From an uncultured Candidatus Binatia bacterium (lineage in GTDB: Bacteria > Desulfobacterota > Binatia > UBA9968 > JAJDTQ01), in assembly GCA_965242525.1 (NCBI GenBank), contig OZ251459.1, positions 3,232,001 through 3,296,000 of the forward strand: DNA of 64,000 nt. Reading direction: 5' to 3'. The notes under the pieces are model-generated. The model was not told the DNA's origin, ran no database searches, and saw only the letters and a program-made list of their open reading frames with translations. The position numbers were made by a program, and so were the translations under genes. This document shows positions 57,237-64,000 of the stretch, one piece after another (positions within the stretch are counted from its first letter, which is position 1; each line of letters starts with the position of its first letter).

Positions 57237-57683
57237 TCAGCATATGATTCGCTTTAGTTCTTTCTCTACGCCAAAGAAATTCTGTATATCGCTCACAAGC
57301 CCTAAATAATCCAAGGTGCTAACTCGTAGGACGAGAACTTTATTATCATTTGCATATGCGTCAAAGCCAGGGGCAAATCTCTTGGTGGCCCCACTAATCA
57401 ACAGGATGCCCTTAGATGCTTTGTCCTTTCTCTTATAGTTCACTACTTGCTTGACCGCCCTTTTGGGCAGAGGGCTTTTAGGATAATGCTTGCATTCAAT
57501 GACGTAGCGCTTTCCGCCTGGTCTCCTTTCGGAGATAAGAATGTCCATCCTCCCCTTAATCCTCCTGAGAATACCCTGGGAACGGACGCGGTAATGGTCA
57601 TTAGGAAAACACCTTTTAACCAATTCCTCGCAAACCCGTTCAAAGTCTCTCCATTTCATTGGTTTCTGTTGAAGCAATCCCAT
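57237..57683 (-). CDS. Stand-alone Mrr_cat-like PD-(D/E)xK nuclease
   Basis: WRDFERVCEEL, GRMDIL, VIECKHY, VKQV, KGILLIS. Confidence 0.75.
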   Translation of the reverse strand: MGLLQQKPMKWRDFERVCEELVKRCFPNDHYRVRSQGILRRIKGRMDILISERRPGGKRYVIECKHYPKSPLPKRAVKQVVNYKRKDKASKGILLISGATKRFAPGFDAYANDNKVLVLRVSTLDYLGLVSDIQNFFGVEKELKRIIC

Positions 57684-57715
57684 TGTTCCTCCCTTTGGGG
57701 TCGAACACTGGAAGG

Positions 57716-59197
57716 CTACCGGCTACCGCCAAAGGCAGCCGTCAAGTCGGTACGTTGGAGAGTACCACCCATCGACTGATAAGTTCTTCCGTAAAAGCTC
57801 CCCGTCACCGCACCGCTGGAAGTGTTCGGAATGCCCCGGCCGGTAAATCCCGTATCGGCATTATTGAATTCGGTCCCATCAATTCTGACCTTGTAAGCCA
57901 ATTCACCGGCTACGGGTTCGCCGGTTCCTGTCCACAAGGCAGCATCAGGATTGGGTGTTGTCCTATCCCAATAACGAATATCGTCAAACGACAAGTCATG
58001 CCTGCCGCTATAAACACTGGACAGATCGACGGTAAGGTCAACATCGCCAATCACTCTGCGGTTAGCACTATAGCCAATCATTGCGCCATCCCATGTAGCC
58101 GTTCCTGCACGTCCTACACTGTCCGGGAGGTTCCCCGATGGAGTTCGCCCATATGCCCAAGGGTAGTAATGCGAATTATCCCACGTGACTCCGAAGAATG
58201 TCTCGCCATTCGTCTCTCCGATCAAGTGTTGACGGGTAGTATTCCAAATCCCTGAATACGGACTATACAATGCTTGAAGCGCCGCCAAATCATCACGCGA
58301 CATTATACGCACGGGATTTGTCACTCCCGCATGTGGCTTGAGCGCTGAAGTAGGGAAAGAAATCCTCGATACATGCCCACGAAAACCTAGCACGTGCAGA
58401 ATCTCATGAACCGCCGTAATAGAACCGCCGGCCGTGCTATCAATACCCTCTGGCACAAGAATCATTCCCGCGTGCATATGGGTCCCCGAAGGCGATGGGA
58501 TTTGATAGGCCAAACCCAAGGTGTTACTTCCAACAAATGAGTCCCAAGTTGCTCTATCCAATTGAAATGCTACTATAGTGCCCTCGCGGGCAGGATCAAG
58601 CAACCAATTGTAAACGCTGTCCACTCCTTCCCCAACTGGCATTGCATCATCCCTGACAACTCGCATCTTCCTGTTTGCAGGCAATGCTTCATTCACCAAC
58701 CGAACAGCATCAAATGCAAACTCGATAACCCTGTCCGAATACAGTTCACGATTATTCAAACTCCCATAATGTCGCCATGTAGGTCGAACCCTGAAAGGCA
58801 ACATCGACTGATCTCTCGAACCTGTATCCTGATAGCTGGGGTTTTGAACCTGATACTGGTACACCCCTAGCCGTGTTGAAAGAATGCCATCGTTCGCATC
58901 CCCACCGAAAATCGTCACCCCATCCGAACGTCTCTGACGAACAATCAATGAACTCAAATCAATCCCTTGAGCGGCCAATCCCACGTTGGTTAGCCCTCCG
59001 CTCGTATAGACAGGTGACAAGTTCTCCAACCTGACCGCACCCGGATTTCCTCTCGTCGGTGTTGGCGCCGGCGTTGGAGCCGGCACCGGTGGCGTTACCC
59101 TTGATGGTGGCCCACTGCTCATAGTAGCGGTCTTGCTACCGCCGCTGCACCCGGCCAGCATCAACACTACCGCCAACGCCAAGATCGTTCCCTTCAT
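57716..59197 (-). CDS. Lipoprotein with a zincin-like HExxH motif and a C-terminal TbpB-like beta-barrel
   Basis: Lipobox LAGC, PT/PA linker, HEILHVLGFRGH, C-terminal VTGSFYG..MGGTL..AAFGG. Confidence 0.75.
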   Translation of the reverse strand: MKGTILALAVVLMLAGCSGGSKTATMSSGPPSRVTPPVPAPTPAPTPTRGNPGAVRLENLSPVYTSGGLTNVGLAAQGIDLSSLIVRQRRSDGVTIFGGDANDGILSTRLGVYQYQVQNPSYQDTGSRDQSMLPFRVRPTWRHYGSLNNRELYSDRVIEFAFDAVRLVNEALPANRKMRVVRDDAMPVGEGVDSVYNWLLDPAREGTIVAFQLDRATWDSFVGSNTLGLAYQIPSPSGTHMHAGMILVPEGIDSTAGGSITAVHEILHVLGFRGHVSRISFPTSALKPHAGVTNPVRIMSRDDLAALQALYSPYSGIWNTTRQHLIGETNGETFFGVTWDNSHYYPWAYGRTPSGNLPDSVGRAGTATWDGAMIGYSANRRVIGDVDLTVDLSSVYSGRHDLSFDDIRYWDRTTPNPDAALWTGTGEPVAGELAYKVRIDGTEFNNADTGFTGRGIPNTSSGAVTGSFYGRTYQSMGGTLQRTDLTAAFGGSR

Positions 59198-59215
59198 TTT
59201 ATCCCTCCTGTTAGT

Positions 59216-59239
59216 GGTGCTTCAGGATTTCGTGGGATC
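59216..59239 (+). repeat. 24-bp motif (family-B end type)
   Basis: ggtgcttcaggatttcgtgggatc. Confidence 0.65.
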
Positions 59240-59342
59240 AGCGGTGATCGAGCGACACCGTCCACTACAGATCGCCTCCCGTCTCCACACCGACCCTCGA
59301 ACACCCATGAGACCCCAACCATTCACCCCTTCAACTCGCCTC

Positions 59343-60692
59343 CTATGCGTTGATCCACCCGAGCCGGTGGTTCTGGATTTGGTGGGAGACCACGAAAGGG
59401 CTGACCTTGTAGTGTTGCGCCAATTGGTCGATTTCAGCAGGTGACACTTGGTCGCCGATATGCTTGGCTATGTTCGCCGCGGGCGCCAGGAGTTCGGCTG
59501 CGAAGGCGCGGGACGCGCGTTGCTCGGCGGTGTACGCCTTGGTGACGATCCGACGACCTTCTCGATTGCTGCCGAAGTGCCGCAGGAAGGCGGCCCTGGC
59601 CAGTCTGAACCTGTTGCCGGCGGCGTCTTCATTGTAGGCCACGGCCACCGAACCGCCATCCTCACTGCGCTCCAACACCGCTTCCAACTGCCCTTTCGGT
59701 TGTACGTCCACGGTTCGAGAAGGAGATTGCGCCCAGCCAAGGCGATGCAAAACGTCATCCATATCTCCTACAGGTTCCTGTCCGTCCGATTCGGAGAGAT
59801 ACTGTCGCGTTGCTTGCGCACAGGCGTAGCCTAATTCGTGGGCGGTTCTTGCGTCCGTTGCCCTCGTTAGCCGGGCTTCCGCTGCTATCGGCGCCCCGGC
59901 GTCCAGCGCTGCGGAATGCGCCTTGTCCAGCCACTCCAGGTCCTCTTGCAGGCTCAAGGGTTGGCCTGCGTCAAGCAAGTCGTCCCTGATCGAGCCTTCG
60001 AGGCCGGAGATACGCTCGGACAGCATGTCGGCCACTTTTTCCGTGAGCTCATGGGCGTTGTACGGGTCCAAACCGAGGCGGGCCGACCACTCGCAAAGCT
60101 CCCTTTCGCTTTGCATGGACGCTAAAACCGCTGCCCACTCTTCTTGAAGGGCCTTGGCATCCGGGGCCTCGATCCCTGCAAGCCGCTCCAGGACTTCCCT
60201 GACCAGTTCCGACAGACCGCGTTCGGCCTCCGCCGGGTCCATCTGTACCTCGCCTGACCCGGTAAAGCGCAGGAACGGGTGGATCGAATCCTCGTGGTCC
60301 GGCGTCCAACGTGCAACGACGGCTCGGTCATCCCGAAAGATCATCAGGTCGGGCAGCGCTCCGCCTTCCCTGGCGGCCAGCAGGCTGTGCCGTTGAACCC
60401 AAGGCCGATCGGTCGGGCTCTTCGCCAGTTCTCGGGCGGCGTGAGGACCAGGGAACCGGTAGGACTCGTTCAGGAGAAACCACCAGTTCTCCAGGATCCA
60501 TTGGCATAGCGGCAAGACAGACCCGTAAACGCCCCCGCGCAGGCTCTCGGATCGGAGGTCAACCGCCTGGGTCACCAGCCGACCGCCTGCCTCGATGACC
60601 AAACGCCCCCAGGTACGGGCCAGCACGCCGACACGAACCCCCGGCGCTTCCTGCCATTCGATGCGGAACCGCAGCATTATGGTTTCCTCCAA
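59343..60692 (-). CDS. ImmA/IrrE (DUF955)-like protein lacking the HExxH motif
   Basis: RFRLARA where RFTLAHE is expected; QRASRAFAAELLAP; LAQHYKVSPFVVSHQIQN. Confidence 0.75.
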   Translation of the reverse strand: MEETIMLRFRIEWQEAPGVRVGVLARTWGRLVIEAGGRLVTQAVDLRSESLRGGVYGSVLPLCQWILENWWFLLNESYRFPGPHAARELAKSPTDRPWVQRHSLLAAREGGALPDLMIFRDDRAVVARWTPDHEDSIHPFLRFTGSGEVQMDPAEAERGLSELVREVLERLAGIEAPDAKALQEEWAAVLASMQSERELCEWSARLGLDPYNAHELTEKVADMLSERISGLEGSIRDDLLDAGQPLSLQEDLEWLDKAHSAALDAGAPIAAEARLTRATDARTAHELGYACAQATRQYLSESDGQEPVGDMDDVLHRLGWAQSPSRTVDVQPKGQLEAVLERSEDGGSVAVAYNEDAAGNRFRLARAAFLRHFGSNREGRRIVTKAYTAEQRASRAFAAELLAPAANIAKHIGDQVSPAEIDQLAQHYKVSPFVVSHQIQNHRLGWINA

Positions 60693-61078
60693 TTCAGCCG
60701 GTTTTCAGGGTCGGTTGGGTACTCGGCTTCCTCGATTTCATAACCCTTGTAAGTCCCCGCCGGTCCGTTGATGTGCCGCGCCTCGTAAAGCCGGCCGTCA
60801 ATCCAACCCCAAACGTATTTGGGAAAGCCCTGCTCGAAGACGCTGCTCACGCAGCGACGGCGAATCGCCTCTTGCAGCGCAGTCTGAATGGCCGCAACGG
60901 GGATTTGCGGGTCGCAGGGCGTCGCATCCGAGCGCAGTGCGGGAGGCCCTGTTGAAGTGGGGTACGCTTTATGCTCCGTACTCCCGATGTACCGGGCGCC
61001 TGACGCAACGACCTCTGGAGGATGCTGTTGAGACGGCCAAGCGCCGATCGTTCGCCGTTTGGTTCGGTAGTGTCTCAC
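60677..61078 (-). CDS. Small hypothetical protein coupled to the IrrE-like gene
   Basis: YIGSTEHK, GFPKYVW, YEARHIN, TYKGY; overlaps the downstream gene start. Confidence 0.7.
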   Translation of the reverse strand: MRHYRTKRRTIGAWPSQQHPPEVVASGARYIGSTEHKAYPTSTGPPALRSDATPCDPQIPVAAIQTALQEAIRRRCVSSVFEQGFPKYVWGWIDGRLYEARHINGPAGTYKGYEIEEAEYPTDPENRLNWRKP

Positions 61079-61113
61079 GCGGTAGCCTCTAATGTGGATC
61101 TTGTCTAATTCCC

Positions 61114-61137
61114 GGCGCTTCAGGAATTCGTATGGGT
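61114..61137 (+). repeat. 24-bp motif (family-B end type)
   Basis: ggcgcttcaggaattcgtatgggt, one mismatch from the reverse complement of 25792-25815. Confidence 0.8.
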
Positions 61138-61235
61138 AAGTGGTCTTCGTGCGACACCATTGGGGTAGACATCAAGACCACCGAAATGAAATCATCCCGA
61201 CCGACACGGCTTGCACGGCCATTTCCTATGAGGCT

Positions 61236-62000
61236 TTAGGTGTTTCCGCTTCCAGGTTCGCTACCCGGAGTTGTCCCCTGGCTCCCGCGATAGTCGCGAT
61301 AGTTCAAGAGTCTCTGTGCCCAACGGAAGTCGGTGGATTTCGGCTCGTCATCCGTATCTGCCACGTCTTCATCCGCGGTTTGCTCGATCAGAAGCTCTGC
61401 CTTCATCAACCTCAGCACTTCATCGATAGTAATCAGGCGACGGGTTTTTCCAGCGTTGTCAGGCATTCGGAGTGGTCGAAAGACCTCGTCGTATTGCGTG
61501 TGCTGTTCCTTCGTGACTTCAGTTGCCAAACCAAAGACTTGAAGCTGTAGAACGAACCGGCAGAGCAATTGCCCCAAGTTCAAATCCCTGATGTGATGTG
61601 TTTGTTGCGCGGGAATCCCCATTGTCGGCCTCGAAAGAAGCGTGATGGTCATCGCGAGTTCTTCCATCTGTCCCAATTCATCCCTGTCAAGCTGGCCGTC
61701 CATGGCAGACTTGGTATAGCTCGATATGAATTTTTGGAATAGCTCGAGCTTTTTGTTGAATATCGCAGTCTTGTTTGCTGTCGCACGCTCCTCTGCCTGC
61801 TCGACGTTTCCCTGTTGCCTTATCAACAACATGGTTATCATCACGGTTATGATTGATCCCAGGAGGGCCGCAAGTATCTCTGTTGCGAGGTTGCTCGGGT
61901 TGGTGTCGTAGAAAGACTTGAAGAACAGGAAAACCCCGATTCCCAAGAGTACGATCATGAAAACGAGAAACAGTTGGTTTCGAAGTCGATTCATCGTCAT
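61236..62000 (-). CDS. Hypothetical membrane protein (two N-terminal TM helices)
   Basis: LFLVFMIVLLGIGVFLFF and ILAALLGSIITVMITMLLI; GGAG RBS. Confidence 0.75.
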   Translation of the reverse strand: MTMNRLRNQLFLVFMIVLLGIGVFLFFKSFYDTNPSNLATEILAALLGSIITVMITMLLIRQQGNVEQAEERATANKTAIFNKKLELFQKFISSYTKSAMDGQLDRDELGQMEELAMTITLLSRPTMGIPAQQTHHIRDLNLGQLLCRFVLQLQVFGLATEVTKEQHTQYDEVFRPLRMPDNAGKTRRLITIDEVLRLMKAELLIEQTADEDVADTDDEPKSTDFRWAQRLLNYRDYRGSQGTTPGSEPGSGNT

Positions 62001-62098
62001 GGTCGCATCTCCAAGGGTTGTTGGTTACTTGCGCCTCGTGCGGCCGTCTGGATCCTCTGGTGCAGCGGTACTGCCATCAAGGCGCTTCGGTACCGGCA

Positions 62099-62494
62099 TC
62101 ATTTCGTGGTCAGGAGCGCCTTTCGGAACGCTTCGGCCTCGTTTGTGGAGACATGGGAGAGCGAGTAGGACTCGGAGCGGGTTTCAATGGTTATTACGCA
62201 CCAGCCGAATATCTTGCCCAACAGGGATCGGTCCAGCTTCACGTTGTCGATGGCCGAGATCGGCACGAGGTCATCGTCTTTTACGAACCAGCGCCCATGT
62301 TCACACGTGATACTATTGGAGCCGGTTTCGAAAAGGATCCTGTTGCGGTTGACGACAGCCCTTTTGTACCAGAACAGCGGAAGCAGGACTATGAGAATCA
62401 GCGGCTCGCCAGTCTGCATAACGGCGGCTACCGGGATAATGCTCCAGGAGATCCAGAAGAAAAAGCTGTAGGAACTGGCCACGCCGACTTTCAT
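62099..62494 (-). CDS. Membrane protein with a bacterial PH (bPH_2-like) domain
   Basis: GAGGT RBS; two TM segments; VPISAIDNVKLDRSLLGKIFGWCVITIET. Confidence 0.75.
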   Translation of the reverse strand: MKVGVASSYSFFFWISWSIIPVAAVMQTGEPLILIVLLPLFWYKRAVVNRNRILFETGSNSITCEHGRWFVKDDDLVPISAIDNVKLDRSLLGKIFGWCVITIETRSESYSLSHVSTNEAEAFRKALLTTK

Positions 62495-62634
62495 GGTGAC
62501 ACCTCGTTTCCTCGTTGAGTTGGGCAGGAATCGTGCGGGCGGCTTCTTCTTCGCCCTCTCCTGCCTCCCCGCCCGCGTACTGCCATCCACTGCACCGTAC
62601 CGCGAATACCCCTGTTCCCGCAATCACCCACTCT

Positions 62635-63630
62635 TCACCGCGCCGCACCCGCATGATGCGCCGCCAGCGACGCGCACAGCTTGGCCAGACGCCGGCGGAG
62701 ACGGGCGGGCTTCTCCACCGTGACGCTGTTCCCCCAGGTGAACAGGTGCCAGCACATCTCGTCGAGGCCGCCCGCCTCGAAGCGCACCGTCAGCGAGCCG
62801 TCGTCGTTTTCCCGGACGGTCTGGTCCGGATGGAAGAGGAACGCCGAGGCGTCCCGCGCCGCCCTCGCATCGAAGCGCAGCGCCACCTTGACCGGCTTCT
62901 CCTGGAACGTGCCGAACGAACGCTCGGCGTAGCGCTGCAAGTCGAAGGCCGGGTCCCGCTCGAACGTCTCGCCGGTGGTCCGGGCCTCGCTCACGTTGGC
63001 GAGGCGCCACAGCCGCGGCTCCCGGGACCAGTCGGTCCACCCCACCAGGAACGCGCGGTTCCCGTAGAGCAGGCCGCCGGGCCGGACCTGCTGCCGACTC
63101 CGCCGCCCGGTCGATTGGGAGAAATAGCGGAACTCCACCACCCGGCAGGCGGCGATGGCTTCGCGCATGAGGGCGAGCAGGCCCCTGTCCAGGCGCTGCC
63201 TCGGACCGGGGCGCATGGCCAGGCCCTCGGCCTGCATGAGCATTTCGAGGTCGGACTCCACCCGCGCCTGCGTTTCTTCGTGCAGCGTGGCCCGCAGCTT
63301 CGCGGCCAAGTCCCGGAGCAGGGCCGCGCGTTCCTCCAGGCCGGCCCGGTCCAGGGCCGCGGCCGCAGTCTCGACCTCCGCCAACTCCTTGGCCGAGACG
63401 GAGACGAGGCGGCGCAAGGCGCCCGAGCGCAACCGCCAATATACTTTCCTCTCGTCCCTGTCCACGGTGTCCAGCGGCCCGAAGGCCGCATCTACCGCGG
63501 CGCGCCAACGCTCGGCCGTGCGCCGGCTGATGGAAAACTCGGCCTGGATGTCGTCCAGGGTCCATCCGCCGAGGGCCGCCTGGAGACGAACGGCCAAGTC
63601 CAAGATGTCCTTCAGGCGTTCGTAGCGCAT
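62635..63630 (-). CDS. WYL-domain transcriptional regulator (HTH-WYL-WCX)
   Basis: HTH TLDDIQAEFSISRRTAER; VEFRY..RQQVRPGGLLYGNRAFLVG..RLWRLANV; FHPDQ; WGNSVTVEKP. Confidence 0.93.
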   Translation of the reverse strand: MRYERLKDILDLAVRLQAALGGWTLDDIQAEFSISRRTAERWRAAVDAAFGPLDTVDRDERKVYWRLRSGALRRLVSVSAKELAEVETAAAALDRAGLEERAALLRDLAAKLRATLHEETQARVESDLEMLMQAEGLAMRPGPRQRLDRGLLALMREAIAACRVVEFRYFSQSTGRRSRQQVRPGGLLYGNRAFLVGWTDWSREPRLWRLANVSEARTTGETFERDPAFDLQRYAERSFGTFQEKPVKVALRFDARAARDASAFLFHPDQTVRENDDGSLTVRFEAGGLDEMCWHLFTWGNSVTVEKPARLRRRLAKLCASLAAHHAGAAR

Positions 63631-63655
63631 GCCGCGGTCCTCCCTGGTCCATTGG

Positions 63656-63694
63656 CGTCCTTCGACTTCGCTACGCTACGCTCAGGACGAACGG
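63656..63694. repeat. Family-A REP-like repeat
   Basis: cgtccttcgacttcgctacgctacgctcaggacgaacgg. Confidence 0.85.
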
Positions 63695-63824
63695 AGGGGG
63701 ATTTTCTCCTTGCTCGCCACAGGTTTATTGCTCACTGCATGTGGTCTCTTGCTCGCTGCACGACTACAGAAAGTTTAGTACACGAAACCCCGCAAACGCC
63801 ATCCCGCCCCGGAGGGGCTGGCCG

Positions 63825-64000
63825 CTAGGGCCGCAGGCCGATGGTGCGGGGGCGGTCCGGCTTGGCGTCGCACTCGGCGCGCAGCATGGCGGCCAGGGTC
63901 TCCGGCTCCCGCAGGCAGTCCAGGACTTCGGCCTTCCGGCGCACCACCGCGAAGTCGCCGGGGGTCAGGACCCCGAGGGCCGCGACTTCCGCCGGGGGAG
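63825..64000 (-). CDS. C-terminus of a probable AAA-family ATPase (partial)
   Basis: Manual translation PPAEVAALGVLTPGDFAVVRRKAEVL...LRAECDAKPDRPRTIGLRP*; LTPGDFA and terminal IG(F/L) are typical. Confidence 0.65.
   Translation of the reverse strand, partial: PPAEVAALGVLTPGDFAVVRRKAEVLDCLREPETLAAMLRAECDAKPDRPRTIGLRP

Noticed and set aside
55553-63630. Classical integron (intI, attC sites)
   Set aside because: No tyrosine recombinase and no convincing RYYYAAC...GTTRRRY attC hairpins found between the genes.

Overview
GC-rich bacterial chromosomal window. Gene content and order suggest a deltaproteobacterial/Binatia-like organism, possibly host- or sponge-associated; this is inference only. 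Housekeeping blocks are grpE-dnaK-dnaJ-lon-thiL-larB, recO-glyQS-ppdK, alr-purH-purD-purE, rubrerythrin-DUF3501-Fur and pilB-pilC-pilin. Accessory DNA between them includes: four restriction-modification loci (NotI-like + Dam-like, a type II pair, a frameshifted MmeI-like gene, a single-chain type IIG gene); two Mrr-like nucleases; a methyltransferase / Stf3-like sulfotransferase / GPP34-P450 fusion operon; an LRR-FN3-Calx-beta autotransporter with a C19 tract in its leader; and an orphan 36/30-nt CRISPR-like mini-array. The right end is a WYL-headed island whose gene modules are delimited by a recurring 24-bp motif that also forms the ends of a MITE elsewhere in the window. Intergenic space holds two hairpin-repeat families. 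The first rides in an IS5-like MITE (23-bp TIRs, 4-bp TSDs; one decayed copy is translated as the ThiL tail). The second rides in a possible IS1595-like MITE. No rRNA, tRNA, cas, integrase or transposase gene was seen. All calls are from motif recognition by eye, with no database searches.
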